Below are positions 11,401 through 20,626 of a stretch of DNA of 36,639 nucleotides, one piece after another. The stretch lies in contig JAITPH010000194.1 in the NCBI GenBank assembly GCA_031289515.1, forward strand, positions 1-36,639. Direction: 5' to 3'. Source of the DNA: Tannerella sp. (GTDB lineage Bacteria; Bacteroidota; Bacteroidia; Bacteroidales; Tannerellaceae). Both the position numbers and the translations under genes were made by a program. The notes beneath the pieces are model-generated. The model was not told the DNA's origin. It made no database searches and saw only the letters and a program-made list of their open reading frames with translations. How positions within the stretch are numbered: the first letter of the stretch is position 1; the number at the start of each line of letters is the position of its first letter.

Positions 11401-12732
11401 CATACGAAGATAGTTCTTCATAACAGCAATATACCTTACGGCTCGAAACTGTTCTTCGGAACCGGCGACGCCGTTAAGAAAGGCGAAAAGATAATAGAAT
11501 GGGACCCGTTCAATGCCGTTATCATATCCGAGGCGGATGGAGTAATAGCTTTCGAAAGTATGGAAGAAAATATCACGTACAAGGTAGAAAGCGACGAAAC
11601 AACCGGTTTGAAGGAAATGATTATCATCGAATCGAAAGACAAGACAAAAGCGCCGGCCGCTTCTATCGTAGATCCGAGCGACAATGTGTTGAAAAACTAC
11701 TCTTTGCCTCTTGGCGCTCACTTGACGAAATCCGACGGCGATCCGGTTAAGACCGGCGAAGTGCTGGTCAAGATACCCCGCGCAGTCGGCAAAACCGGCG
11801 ATATAACCGGAGGTCTTCCGCGCGTGACGGAGTTGTTTGAAGCGCGTAATCCGTCGAATCCGTCCATTGTTTCGGAAATCGACGGCGAGGTGACTTTCGG
11901 CAAGATAAAACGCGGTAATCGCGAAACTATCGTCACGTCGAAATTGGGCGAAGAAAAGAAATATATGGTACCGTTGTCGAAACAGTTATTGGTACAGGAA
12001 AACGATTATGTACGCGCAGGTATGCCTCTTTCGGACGGCGCTATTACGCCTGCCGATATTCTTGCCATTAAGGGGCCGACGGCTGTTCAGGAATATATCG
12101 TGAACGAAGTACAGGACGTATACCGTTTGCAAGGCGTGAAAATCAACGATAAACACTTCGAGGTAATAGTGCGTCAGATGATGCGCAAAGTCGAAGTCGT
12201 AGATCCGGGAGATACATGCTTCCTTGAGCAGCAGGTAGTAGACAAACTTGATGTCATGGATGAAAACGACCGTATATGGGGCAAGAAAGTAGTAACCGAC
12301 TCAGGCGATTCGCAGAGCCTCCGGCCGGGTCAAATCGTGACGGCTCGCAAGCTCAGAGATGAAAACAGCCAGCTGAAACGCCGCGACTTGAAAGCAGTTC
12401 AGGTACGGAACGCCGTTTCAGCTACGACAAACCAGATATTGCAGGGCATAACCCGCGCAGCATTGCAGACGCGCAGCTTCATGTCGGCGGCTTCTTTCCA
12501 AGAGACTACGAAGGTATTGAACGAGGCGGCAATAAACGGTAAAACAGATTACCTCGAAGGTTTGAAAGAAAACGTTATTTGCGGTCATCTCATACCGGCA
12601 GGTACTGGACAACGCGAATTTGAACGCATAATTGTAGGAACCAGAGACGAGTTTGAACGCAATGCTTCGTCGCGCTCATCCCGCAGCAGTATGAAGGATG
12701 ACGACAGCATAAAGATGGAAATAAAGGACTAA
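8440..12732 (+). CDS. rpoC: DNA-directed RNA polymerase subunit beta'
   Basis: Catalytic [10 protein letters not shown]-terminal Zn-finger cysteines, [15 protein letters not shown]. Confidence 0.99.
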   Translation: MAFRKETKIKSDFTKITIGLASPEEILENSFGEVLKPETINYRTYKPERDGLFCERIFGPVKNYECYCGKYKRIRYKGIVCDRCGVEVTEKKVRRERTGHIHLVVPAAHIWYFRTLPNKIGYLLGLPSKKLDTVIYYERYVIIQKGIADGHNDLDLLSEEEYLQVIESLPKENQMLEDSDPNKFIAKIGAEAIYDLLVRLDLDALSYDLRNHAMTDTSQQRKNEALKRLQVVESFRASKGRNKPEWMIVKVVPVIPPELRPLVPLDGGRFATSDLNDLYRRVIIRNNRLKRLIDIKAPEVILRNEKRMLQEALDSLFDNSRKSSAVKSDANRPLKSLSDSLKGKQGRFRQNLLGKRVDYSARSVIVVGPELKMGECGIPKDMAAELYKPFIIRKLIERGIVKTVKSAKKIVDRKEPVVWDILEYVMKGHPVLLNRAPTLHRLGIQAFQPKMIEGKAIQLHPLACTAFNADFDGDQMAVHLPLGNEAIIEAQMLMLASHNILNPANGAPITVPSQDMVLGLYYITKTRPNMKGEGFTFYGPEEATIAYNEGILDIHAVIKVYVKDLNEKGELVKKMIETSVGRLMVNEFIPKEFGFVNEVLGKKALRDIISGIIKVCGVARTCQFLDDIKNLGYYMAFKGGLSFNLADVLIPEEKDALVKEGYDEVEQIVADYSMGFITNNERYNQIIDTWTHINSRLSKILIDKLSSDNDGFNSIYMMMDSGARGSKEQIRQLSGMRGLMAKPQKSGSDGGQIIENPILSNFKEGLSVLEYFISTHGARKGLADTALKTADAGYLTRRLVDVSHDVIVNEEDCGTLRGLTCTELKNNEEVIAKLYERILGRVSVHDIIHPITGKTIVKAGEEIRENEAQIIQDSPIESVEIRSVLTCESKKGVCAKCYGRNLSTGQMVQKGEVVGVIAAQSIGEPGTQLTLRTFHVGGIASNIATENSLHSKYDGLLEIDELRTVYSIDDKCNIVVSRLAEMRIIEPHTKIVLHNSNIPYGSKLFFGTGDAVKKGEKIIEWDPFNAVIISEADGVIAFESMEENITYKVESDETTGLKEMIIIESKDKTKAPAASIVDPSDNVLKNYSLPLGAHLTKSDGDPVKTGEVLVKIPRAVGKTGDITGGLPRVTELFEARNPSNPSIVSEIDGEVTFGKIKRGNRETIVTSKLGEEKKYMVPLSKQLLVQENDYVRAGMPLSDGAITPADILAIKGPTAVQEYIVNEVQDVYRLQGVKINDKHFEVIVRQMMRKVEVVDPGDTCFLEQQVVDKLDVMDENDRIWGKKVVTDSGDSQSLRPGQIVTARKLRDENSQLKRRDLKAVQVRNAVSATTNQILQGITRAALQTRSFMSAASFQETTKVLNEAAINGKTDYLEGLKENVICGHLIPAGTGQREFERIIVGTRDEFERNASSRSSRSSMKDDDSIKMEIKD

Positions 12733-12750
12733 CCTGTAAATTCGTTTTTC

Positions 12751-14280
12751 ATGCTTGACAATGCACAAAAACCGTTGATAGCCGTTTCGGGCGAAAAAGA
12801 GTTGTTTATCGTTCCCAAGATGGCAAATCGTCACGGTCTGATTACCGGAGCTACCGGAACAGGCAAGACATGTACGTTGCAGAATATGGCGGAAACGTTC
12901 AGTAGCATGGGCGTTTCCGTTTTCGCAACGGATATAAAAGGCGATTTGTCCGGCGTAAGCAAAGCAGGCGGCAATAATGCGTATCTGCAAAAAAATGTCG
13001 ATGACAACAATCTTACGGATAAAGGCTTTGAATACAGGCGATTTCCTGTGTGTTTCTGGGATATTTTCGGCGAACAGGGACATCCGCTGCGCACGACTAT
13101 CTCGGAAATGGGGCCTCTGCTGTTAAGCCGTCTGCTCGACCTTAACGACGTCCAAAGTAGTGTCCTGACGCTGACTTTCCGTATAGCCGACGAAGAACAG
13201 CTGTTGCTTCTCGACCTGAAAGACCTGCGCAAACTGCTCGAACATATCGGCATCGAACGCGCTAAATATACCGTTTCGCACGGTAATATTTCGCCTGCAA
13301 GCATCGGCGCTATTCAACGCGGACTTTTGACGCTCGAAACACAGGGAGGAGACAGGTTTTTCGGCGAGCCTGCCTTTGATGTCTTTGATTTCATGCAGAC
13401 GCAAGGCGGAAAAGGCGTTATTAATATCCTCGAAGCGGACAAACTTATCCGTTCTCCCAAGATTTATACGTCGTTCCTGCTTTATCTCATGTCCGAACTG
13501 TTTGAAGAACTGCCCGAAGTAGGCGATTTGGACAAGCCGAAACTCGTATTTTTCTTCGACGAAGCCCATGTACTGTTCAACGACATGTCAAAGGCTTTGC
13601 TTGAGAAGATAGAACAGGTGGTGAGGCTGATTCGCTCGAAAGGCGTCGGAATATATTTCTGTACGCAGAATCCTCTTGACATACCCGAAGTGATACTCGG
13701 TCAGATGGGAAATCGCGTGCAGCACGCTTTACGCGCATTTACTCCCCGCGATCAGAAAGCCGTTTCGACAGCCGCTTCGACATTTCGCCAAAATCCGGCA
13801 TTTAACTGCGAAAAAGTTATTACCGAACTTGGCGTAGGCGAGGCGCTTGTATCTTTTCTTGACGAGAAAGGCAGTCCGGCGATTGTAGAGCGGGCAGTGA
13901 TACTGCCGCCTCAGGGACAGGCAGGGCCGATAACTCCCGACGAGCGCCACAGCTTGATGCAGACGTCGCTTGTGTTTGGTACAAATGACCGTACTATCGA
14001 CCGCGAATCGGCTTACGAGATTTTGACCGGAAAAATCGAAAAAGACCAACAGGCAAAAGAAGAAGCCAATCGCCGGAAAGAAGAACTCACGTTGCAAAAG
14101 GAACTGCGTCAGCAACGAATCGAAAAGGAACGTCTTGAGCGTCAGCAAAAACGCGAAAAGGATAACAGCATGGTGGGTAGCCTTACTAAAATGGTCTCTA
14201 CAAAGGCTAAGCGCGAGGCTGTCAATACGCTGTTTAAATTCGGCCGCGGACTGCTCGGCTCTTTGCTGAAAGGGAAATGA
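12751..14280 (+). CDS. DUF853/YjgR-family HerA/FtsK-like P-loop ATPase
   Basis: [16 protein letters not shown] (Walker A), FFFDEAH (Walker B), [22 protein letters not shown]; charged C-terminal coiled coil ending RGLLGSLL. Confidence 0.9.
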   Translation: MLDNAQKPLIAVSGEKELFIVPKMANRHGLITGATGTGKTCTLQNMAETFSSMGVSVFATDIKGDLSGVSKAGGNNAYLQKNVDDNNLTDKGFEYRRFPVCFWDIFGEQGHPLRTTISEMGPLLLSRLLDLNDVQSSVLTLTFRIADEEQLLLLDLKDLRKLLEHIGIERAKYTVSHGNISPASIGAIQRGLLTLETQGGDRFFGEPAFDVFDFMQTQGGKGVINILEADKLIRSPKIYTSFLLYLMSELFEELPEVGDLDKPKLVFFFDEAHVLFNDMSKALLEKIEQVVRLIRSKGVGIYFCTQNPLDIPEVILGQMGNRVQHALRAFTPRDQKAVSTAASTFRQNPAFNCEKVITELGVGEALVSFLDEKGSPAIVERAVILPPQGQAGPITPDERHSLMQTSLVFGTNDRTIDRESAYEILTGKIEKDQQAKEEANRRKEELTLQKELRQQRIEKERLERQQKREKDNSMVGSLTKMVSTKAKREAVNTLFKFGRGLLGSLLKGK

Positions 14281-14303
14281 ATCTTGTTGTATCATTAAAT
14301 GGA

Positions 14304-14340
14304 AAGGTTGCAAATGAGATTATTCCCTATTTGCAACCTT
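14304..14340. terminator. Inverted repeat between the convergent DUF853 gene and tRNA-Gln (probable terminator)
   Basis: Perfect 12-bp IR AAGGTTGCAAAT (14304-14315)/ATTTGCAACCTT (14329-14340). Confidence 0.7.
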
Positions 14341-14342
14341 TG

Positions 14343-14413
14343 TTGTTCTACCAGGACTCGAACCTGGAATTTCAGGACCAGAATCTGACGTGTTACCATT
14401 ACACCATAGAACA
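14343..14413 (-). tRNA. tRNA-Gln(CTG)
   Basis: Reverse complement TGTTCTATGGTGTAATGGTAACACGTCAGATTCTGGTCCTGAAATTCCAGGTTCGAGTCCTGGTAGAACAA; anticodon loop TT-CTG-GT; acceptor TGTTCTA/TAGAACA. Confidence 0.95.
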
Positions 14414-14440
14414 AGAATAAAATGATCTTATTTGACGCTG

Positions 14441-14471
14441 CAAAGTTAGATATCTTTTTTGTTTCTGCAAA
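14441..14471 (-). promoter_or_regulatory. Bacteroidota primary-sigma promoter for tRNA-Gln
   Basis: -7 box TAACTTTG (14448-14441) and -33 TTTG (14471-14468), 19-nt spacer. Confidence 0.65.
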
Positions 14472-14497
14472 ATATTTTATAAAAAAATTCGACATAT

Positions 14498-14529
14498 TTT
14501 GTTTTTACCCTCTGCTTGCACTATCTTTG
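14498..14529 (+). promoter_or_regulatory. Primary-sigma promoter for rsfS-ftsH-cdsA
   Basis: -33 TTTG (14498-14501), 20-nt spacer, -7 TATCTTTG (14522-14529). Confidence 0.65.
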
Positions 14530-14561
14530 CAGAGCAGAATTAGAAAGGAATTTGTTACTTG

Positions 14562-14921
14562 ATGAACCGTACAAAGTTATTAATAGACGCAATAGTAAAG
14601 GGATTGCAGGAGAAAAAGGGACATAATATCGTTTTGGTAGACTTGAGGGAAATATCCGGCGCAATATGCCAATATATGATTATATGCGAAGGAAATAACC
14701 CGATTCAGGTATCCGCATTGACCGATTTTACCCGGGATGCAGTAAACAGCGAACTCAAAGAAAAGCCTGTTTTCGTTGATGGACTGCGTAACGCCCAATG
14801 GGTAGTTTTAGATTATGGCACGGTTATTGTACATATATTCTTGCCGAAGATACGTTCTTTTTACAGACTTGAGAATTTATGGGAGGATTCGAAAATGACT
14901 TTAATCCCTGATATTTACTAA
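14562..14921 (+). CDS. rsfS: Ribosome silencing factor RsfS (iojap family)
   Basis: EKKGHNIVLVDL, WVVLDYGTVIVHIF, RSFYRLENLW. Confidence 0.95.
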   Translation: MNRTKLLIDAIVKGLQEKKGHNIVLVDLREISGAICQYMIICEGNNPIQVSALTDFTRDAVNSELKEKPVFVDGLRNAQWVVLDYGTVIVHIFLPKIRSFYRLENLWEDSKMTLIPDIY

Positions 14922-14944
14922 CTTATTGCACGAAAAATTTGACT

Positions 14945-16918
14945 ATGGAAGAGAAAAATAATAATACCCCAAGAAATAGCGGTAACAATTATCAAAAAAG
15001 CCAGAACACGAACAAAAAGCCCGGTTCCGGTATGATGTGGATTTATGCCCTGATACTTATCCCGCTGATAGTCGTGTTTGTGACGAAAGACTCGACGACG
15101 GAAAAAGAAATCTGGTGGACGGAATTTCAGGAACTGACACAAAAAGACGTCTTCGACGAGATGGTCGTCTACAAGAACAAAAACGTCGTAGAGGCAAAGG
15201 TTAAGAGCAATAAGTACGGCGAGGTTTTCGGACATGAATCGGCGAAAGCGGCAGAACTTGGCACGAAAATTGTCGCTACGATACCTTCGGCTGACAAATT
15301 TTCCGAGTTTTATAAGGAAACGGTCGAAACAGGCCATATCTCGGCAAAAGTCAAGTATGATGAAGAAAGCAATTCTTTCTGGAGCATAATGGTATCGATT
15401 GGCCCTATCATTCTGATAGTAGTGGTATGGTTTTTTATTATGCGTCGCATGTCGGGCGGAGTAGGGGGCGGTATGGGCGTCTTCAGCGTAGGCAAATCCA
15501 AAGCGCAGCTTTTCGACAAAGACGGCAAGAACAAGATTACATTTAAAGAAGTAGCCGGACTTGCCGAAGCCAAGCAGGAAGTCGAAGAAATCGTCTCGTT
15601 CCTGAAAAATCCGGGTAAATATACCGAACTCGGCGGCAAGATTCCCAAAGGAGCGTTGCTCGTAGGCCCTCCCGGAACAGGTAAGACGTTGCTTGCAAAA
15701 GCTGTTGCCGGCGAGGCTAATGTACCTTTCTTCTCGCTTTCGGGTTCCGACTTTGTCGAAATGTTTGTCGGTGTCGGAGCTTCGCGGGTACGTGACTTGT
15801 TCCGTCAAGCTAAAGAAAAAGCCCCCTGTATAGTATTCATCGACGAAATTGATGCCGTAGGACGCGCGCGGGGTAAAAATATTAACATGAACGCCAATGA
15901 TGAGCGCGAAAGCACTCTCAATCAGCTACTTACCGAAATGGACGGCTTCGGCTCGAACAGCGGCGTCATCATTTTGGCGGCAACAAACCGAGCGGATGTT
16001 TTGGACAAGGCTCTTTTGCGCGCCGGACGCTTCGACCGTCAGATTCACGTTGAATTGCCCGACTTGAACGAACGTAAGGAAATATTTGCCGTTCATCTCC
16101 GACCTATAAAAACGGACAAAACAATTGATACCGAATTTCTTGCCCGCCAGACGCCCGGTTTTTCGGGCGCCGACATAGCTAACGTTTGTAATGAAGCGGC
16201 TTTGATAGCAGCCCGAAACGGCAAGTCTAACGTTCAGAAAGATGATTTTATGAGCGCGGTAGACCGTATCGTGGGCGGTCTGGAAAAACGCAGCAAGATA
16301 ATGACCGAAAAGGAACGTCACAGCATCGCATATCACGAAGCGGGTCATGCCTCGTTGAGTTGGCTTCTCGAACATGCCAATCCGCTGGTAAAAGTGACGA
16401 TAGTACCGCGCGGAAAGGCGCTCGGAGCTGCATGGTATCTGCCGGAGGAACGCCAGATAACGACACGCGAGCAATTGCTCGACGAAATGTGTGCAACGCT
16501 CGGAGGAAGGGCTGCCGAAGACTTGTTCCTCGGCGAAATATCAACAGGCGCTTCGAACGACCTCGAACGTGTCACAAAACAGGCTTACGCCATGGTCGTT
16601 TACTTTGGAATGAGCGAAAAACTGCCGAATCTCAATTACTATGATTCGACCGGTCAGGACTGGGGCTTCACAAAGCCTTACAGCGAAGATACCGCAAAAG
16701 TGATTGACGGAGAAGTGCAAAGCATTGTAAACGAGCAATATGGTCGGGCAAAAAAAATTCTTTCGGAGAACAGGGAAAAACATAATACCCTTGCAGAAGT
16801 ACTGCTGAAATCCGAAGTGATATATTCGGAAGACGTAGAACGCATTTTCGGCAAACGTCCTTGGGTTTCGCGCAGCGAGGAGATTATTGACAAAAAAAAT
16901 ACAGAAAGTAAAAGCTAA
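14945..16918 (+). CDS. ftsH: ATP-dependent zinc metalloprotease FtsH
   Basis: Two TM helices, [29 protein letters not shown] Zn motif. Confidence 0.98.
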   Translation: MEEKNNNTPRNSGNNYQKSQNTNKKPGSGMMWIYALILIPLIVVFVTKDSTTEKEIWWTEFQELTQKDVFDEMVVYKNKNVVEAKVKSNKYGEVFGHESAKAAELGTKIVATIPSADKFSEFYKETVETGHISAKVKYDEESNSFWSIMVSIGPIILIVVVWFFIMRRMSGGVGGGMGVFSVGKSKAQLFDKDGKNKITFKEVAGLAEAKQEVEEIVSFLKNPGKYTELGGKIPKGALLVGPPGTGKTLLAKAVAGEANVPFFSLSGSDFVEMFVGVGASRVRDLFRQAKEKAPCIVFIDEIDAVGRARGKNINMNANDERESTLNQLLTEMDGFGSNSGVIILAATNRADVLDKALLRAGRFDRQIHVELPDLNERKEIFAVHLRPIKTDKTIDTEFLARQTPGFSGADIANVCNEAALIAARNGKSNVQKDDFMSAVDRIVGGLEKRSKIMTEKERHSIAYHEAGHASLSWLLEHANPLVKVTIVPRGKALGAAWYLPEERQITTREQLLDEMCATLGGRAAEDLFLGEISTGASNDLERVTKQAYAMVVYFGMSEKLPNLNYYDSTGQDWGFTKPYSEDTAKVIDGEVQSIVNEQYGRAKKILSENREKHNTLAEVLLKSEVIYSEDVERIFGKRPWVSRSEEIIDKKNTESKS

Positions 16919-16935
16919 CAATAATATTTATCACC

Positions 16936-17751
16936 TTGAAAAATCTTATACCCAGAACACTTACCGGCATTTTATTTGTAGCCCTGATAGTGGCGGCTAT
17001 ATGCCTGCATCCGTTTTTGTTTGCGGGAGTTTTTGGCGTCGCGACAGCCTTGCTGATACGCGAATTCTACGCGCTAACCAAGTTTGAAGGCTCTGCGTGG
17101 CAGCGACTGACAGGCATAATCGGCGGCGCATATCTTTTCATCTCCGCCTGTTTGTATGCCGGAGGCTACGTCGGGCGTGAAGCGTTCTTGCCTTACATTG
17201 TAATAATGCTGATATACGTCGCTTCAGGTTTATATATCCGCACTTCCAATCCGGTAGCTCAGTGGTGCAAGACTTTTTTTGCTCATTTCTATTGCGCGGG
17301 CTCGCTTTCTCTGTTATGCTTTATCCATTATACGATGTCGCCCGAATACGTTCCGGCGCTGATGGTCTTCATTTTTATCTGGATTAATGATACAAGCGCT
17401 TTCCTGATAGGCAGTTGGAAAGGCAAACGCCGACTGTTTCCGCGCATATCGCCTCTGAAATCATGGGAAGGATTTGTCGGCGGATTTGTCGTTACCGTTG
17501 CCGCAGCAATGGTTTTGTCGTATTTTTTCAGGGAACTGACATGGTATTACTGGCTGTTGTTTGCCGCGATAACGGTAGTATCGGGTACTTTCGGCGATTT
17601 GATAGAATCACTGATAAAGCGTACTTACGGAGCTAAAGATTCCGGAAATATCCTGCCCGGACACGGCGGAATGTTGGATCGGTTGGACAGCGTCATTTTT
17701 GCCTCTCCCTTCGTCTACGTCTTCTTTGAAATAATCGCTACTCGAAATTGA
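16936..17751 (+). CDS. cdsA: Phosphatidate cytidylyltransferase
   Basis: Polytopic membrane protein with ISPLKSWEG and GDLIESLIKR..KDSGNILPGHGGMLDRLDS; TTG start. Confidence 0.96.
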   Translation: MKNLIPRTLTGILFVALIVAAICLHPFLFAGVFGVATALLIREFYALTKFEGSAWQRLTGIIGGAYLFISACLYAGGYVGREAFLPYIVIMLIYVASGLYIRTSNPVAQWCKTFFAHFYCAGSLSLLCFIHYTMSPEYVPALMVFIFIWINDTSAFLIGSWKGKRRLFPRISPLKSWEGFVGGFVVTVAAAMVLSYFFRELTWYYWLLFAAITVVSGTFGDLIESLIKRTYGAKDSGNILPGHGGMLDRLDSVIFASPFVYVFFEIIATRN

Positions 17752-18439
17752 AGGTGACAACAACCATGCGCGAAGTCCCTTTCGTCAGCGCGTTTGTATA
17801 TATCTTGTCGGCTTCGTTCGAGAGGTCGTCGCGGTTTTTGTCCAATATGTCGGGCAGCCCGAACTTGAACTTTATCTCCGGCGCTAACCTGAAGAACGGC
17901 ATGTAGACGGTGCAACCGAAACCAAATTCAAAACCGTAGTCTAATTGCTTCATTAATAAAGCATTGCCCTTTTTGCGTCCAAGATCGATTGCCCCGAAGA
18001 CGCCTCCGAGAACGTATGGCCGATAGTTGTTCAGGCGCATCGACGAAATCTTCAAATCCAGAGGGACCGACAGATAGTTTGAGCGGATGCTTGCCTTTTT
18101 TTCCTTGTTATCTGCAAGTTCGGTGAAATAGACGGTCTTGTCGCCGAAGTGAATGGTAGGAGAGAGACGGAGATTCATATACGGGTTGAGAAACAAATCG
18201 CCGATAACGCCTACGCTGAAACCGGGTGCATAAGTGGGTATTTCGGCAAACCATATCTCGCCGTTTGGAGCAGCTATGCCGTTGTTGGTCAGCAATAAGT
18301 CCTGAGTATGAAGACCTACGTGAAAGCCGAAATGATACAGCTTGTGGTCGGCATACGGCTGATTCTGCACTATCCGCTTTTGAGAAAACGACGGCAGCGC
18401 AGACAAACTGAACGCAAGTATGTAGACTATATTCTTCAA
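17738..18439 (-). CDS. porT: Type IX secretion outer-membrane beta-barrel protein PorT/SprT
   Basis: Signal peptide, N-terminal QNQPYAD..YHFGFHVG, LRLSPTIHFG, beta-barrel pattern ending VTFNFE; TTG start. Confidence 0.85.
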   Translation of the reverse strand: MKNIVYILAFSLSALPSFSQKRIVQNQPYADHKLYHFGFHVGLHTQDLLLTNNGIAAPNGEIWFAEIPTYAPGFSVGVIGDLFLNPYMNLRLSPTIHFGDKTVYFTELADNKEKKASIRSNYLSVPLDLKISSMRLNNYRPYVLGGVFGAIDLGRKKGNALLMKQLDYGFEFGFGCTVYMPFFRLAPEIKFKFGLPDILDKNRDDLSNEADKIYTNALTKGTSRMVVVTFNFE

Positions 18440-18473
18440 AACAAAGTATTTGTAGCTATAAACGGAGGAACAG

Positions 18474-18540
18474 CAAAGTTATTGCACTCGCAAAAAAATA
18501 GAACTAAATGTTTGTATATAAAAAAAATGCTATATCTTTG
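18474..18540. promoter_or_regulatory. Divergent promoters for porT and the ferredoxin gene
   Basis: -7 boxes TAACTTTG on the minus strand (18481-18474) and TATCTTTG on the plus strand (18533-18540). Confidence 0.55.
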
Positions 18541-18570
18541 TCGGCTGGTTAATTATAAAACAAAAAAATT

Positions 18571-18738
18571 ATGGCTTACTTAATTAGTGAAAGTTGTATC
18601 GCTTGCGGTACTTGTATTGATGAATGTCCTGTTGGCGCGATTTCCGAAGGCGATATATATAAGATCGACCCGGAGCTATGCACGGATTGCGGATCATGTG
18701 CTGATGCATGTCCTACTGAAGCAATTCATCCGGCTTAA
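18571..18738 (+). CDS. 2[4Fe-4S] clostridial-type ferredoxin, 55 aa (absent from the ORF track)
   Basis: Hand translation MAYLISESCIACGTCIDECPVGAISEGDIYKIDPELCTDCGSCADACPTEAIHPA*: two CxxCxxCxxxCP motifs, with its own promoter and terminator. Confidence 0.96.
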   Translation: MAYLISESCIACGTCIDECPVGAISEGDIYKIDPELCTDCGSCADACPTEAIHPA

Positions 18739-18760
18739 CGTCTGAACGGACAGCTTTGTG

Positions 18761-18798
18761 AAAAAGTGAGACGCCTTCATTGGTTCGTCTCACTTTTT
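18761..18798. terminator. Bidirectional intrinsic terminator between ferredoxin and DUF3276
   Basis: AAAAAGTGAGACG (18761-18773)/CGTCTCACTTTTT (18786-18798) perfect IR giving a U-tract on both strands. Confidence 0.85.
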
Positions 18799-18821
18799 GT
18801 ATATATACGAATGTCGGACGG

Positions 18822-19133
18822 TTATTGGTAACCGTCCGCCTCTGCGCCGGAGTTCCGTTCCTTTATATACTTTATGATATCCTCCATGCCGTCCATGAAC
18901 TTGTCGAAATCTTCTTTGTATAAGAAAATCTTGTGCTTCTCAAACGTGACGGCATCACCCTCCTTCGTCTGACTTCTCTTGCTTTCGGTAATGGCGATAA
19001 ACAAGTCGCCCTTCAGATTTTTCTTTACGTCAAGATAATAAATCCGCTTACCCGCCTTGATAGCTTTAGAGTATACAATCTCCTTGTCTCCAAGCCAGTT
19101 ACTGTCTTTTTCTGTCAATTCTTCTATAGCCAT
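18822..19133 (-). CDS. DUF3276 / PUR-like DNA/RNA-binding protein
   Basis: YSKAIKAGKRIYYLDVK, AITESK, FEKHKIFLYKEDFDKF; neighbour of nusB. Start taken at ATG 19133. Confidence 0.88.
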   Translation of the reverse strand: MAIEELTEKDSNWLGDKEIVYSKAIKAGKRIYYLDVKKNLKGDLFIAITESKRSQTKEGDAVTFEKHKIFLYKEDFDKFMDGMEDIIKYIKERNSGAEADGYQ

Positions 19134-19280
19134 ATCGTTCAATCTTTGTCGAATTTAGACCTCAAATATGTGTAATTTTTATTTAATAAACAAGTATTTT
19201 TCAAAAAAAAATGCAGTTTTAGAAGAAATAATACTATCTTCGCACCCGAAATCTTGATAAATACTTTTTATTTTAAGCTA

Positions 19281-20207
19281 ATGATTAATCGAATTTTAAT
19301 CCGTATAAAGGTATTGCAAATAGTATATGCGTACTATCAGAAAGGAACAGGCGACCTGAAAATAGCAGAAAATGAGCTACTGCTGAGTTTGCGGCGTTCT
19401 TACGACTTATACTTTTACTTCTTGCTGCTCATTGTGGAAGTTACGCGCATGTACGAGCGTTTGATAGAGACCAAACGCCATAAGTATGTTCCTACGGACA
19501 AGGAACTCAATCCCGACACCCGATTGTTGAACAATCGTTTAGCCGGTCAGATGATGCGGAACGAAGCGCTGCTGAAATACGCAAAAGAGCATGGCATCTC
19601 ATGGTCGGACGACCTTGATTTCGTGAAGAAAATGCTCGATTTGATTCTCAAATCCGACGTCTACGCCGATTATATCAATAATCCGGACGACGGTTATGAG
19701 ACCGACAAAGAGTTCTGGCGGCTCGTTTTCAAACGCATTATATCAAACAGCGAGTATGTCGAAGAATATCTTGAAGAGAAGAGCATCTACTGGAACGAAG
19801 ACGTAGATATCATCGAATCGTTTGTAATGAAAACGATTAAGCGATTCGACGAAAATGCGGGCGGAAGTCAGGAACTGATGCCGATGTTCAATAACAACGA
19901 CGATTACGACTACGTCATAAAACTGTTTCGGCAGACGCTTCTGAATGGCGAGGAATATCGGAAACGCATTGACCGGCACACAAAGAACTGGGAGACGGAG
20001 CGAGTAGCCAACATGGACATGATAATCATGCAGCTGGCTCTTGCAGAGATGCTTAACTTTCCGTCGATACCTGTCAATGTGACGCTTAACGAGTTTATCG
20101 ATGCGGCAAAATATTACAGCACGCCCAAGAGCGGCACTTTCATCAACGGCGTGCTTGATTCGATAGTAGATGAACTGAAAAAAGAAAAACTGTTGTTCAA
20201 GGACTGA
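19281..20207 (+). CDS. nusB: Transcription antitermination factor NusB (long Bacteroidota form)
   Basis: MINRILIRIKVLQ N-terminus; NWETERVANMD, VTLNEFIDAAKYYS, FINGVLD. Upstream -7-like TATCTTCG at 19235-19242. Confidence 0.95.
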   Translation: MINRILIRIKVLQIVYAYYQKGTGDLKIAENELLLSLRRSYDLYFYFLLLIVEVTRMYERLIETKRHKYVPTDKELNPDTRLLNNRLAGQMMRNEALLKYAKEHGISWSDDLDFVKKMLDLILKSDVYADYINNPDDGYETDKEFWRLVFKRIISNSEYVEEYLEEKSIYWNEDVDIIESFVMKTIKRFDENAGGSQELMPMFNNNDDYDYVIKLFRQTLLNGEEYRKRIDRHTKNWETERVANMDMIIMQLALAEMLNFPSIPVNVTLNEFIDAAKYYSTPKSGTFINGVLDSIVDELKKEKLLFKD

Positions 20208-20211
20208 TTTT

Positions 20212-20242
20212 TTTGAATTATGTTCAAATTGTACTATCTTTG
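20212..20242 (+). promoter_or_regulatory. Internal primary-sigma promoter for yajC and downstream genes
   Basis: -33 TTTG (20212-20215), 19-nt spacer, -7 TATCTTTG (20235-20242). Confidence 0.6.
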
Positions 20243-20284
20243 CAGTCCTCGACTTGGAATGATAAATTTTTAATTTTTAGAGAA

Positions 20285-20614
20285 ATGAACATTATATCTT
20301 TTGTGATTTTAGATGCTGCGCCGGCAAACGGAGGCGGAGAAGGCTCTTATATGGGCATATTGATGATTGTAGCGATGATAGCTATTTTCTATTTTTTCAT
20401 GATTCGTCCGCAACAGAAGCGTCAGAAAGACATTCAGCGCGCACGCGAAGCCATGAAGGTTGGCGACAGGATAGTGACCGCAGGCGGTATTCACGGCAAA
20501 GTCAAGGAAATAGCCGAAAAATACATGCTTATAGAAATATCCGAAGGCGTCCGTATTCGGGTAGATAGAGCATCTGTATTCGCTTCTGCCGAAGATATTC
20601 AGACCAAATCCTGA
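20285..20614 (+). CDS. yajC: Preprotein translocase subunit YajC
   Basis: FYFFMIRPQQKRQK and GDRIVTAGGIHG; start at ATG 20285, downstream of the promoter. Confidence 0.96.
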   Translation: MNIISFVILDAAPANGGGEGSYMGILMIVAMIAIFYFFMIRPQQKRQKDIQRAREAMKVGDRIVTAGGIHGKVKEIAEKYMLIEISEGVRIRVDRASVFASAEDIQTKS

Positions 20615-20626
20615 CGGCTCTAAAAC

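Noticed and set aside
12751-14413. DUF853 next to the tRNA-Gln 3' end as an integrated island or HerA-type defence system
   Set aside because: No integrase, no duplicated tRNA 3' end seen, no nuclease or Sir2 partner, and host-like sequence composition.
14295-14495. 66-aa ORF on the minus strand
   Set aside because: Translates through tRNA-Gln and its promoter.
18308-18583. 91-aa plus-strand ORF
   Set aside because: Antisense to porT and runs across the divergent promoters; the real gene is the ferredoxin in another frame.
19281-20207. NusB about twice the E. coli length
   Set aside because: The long form is the normal Bacteroidota type.
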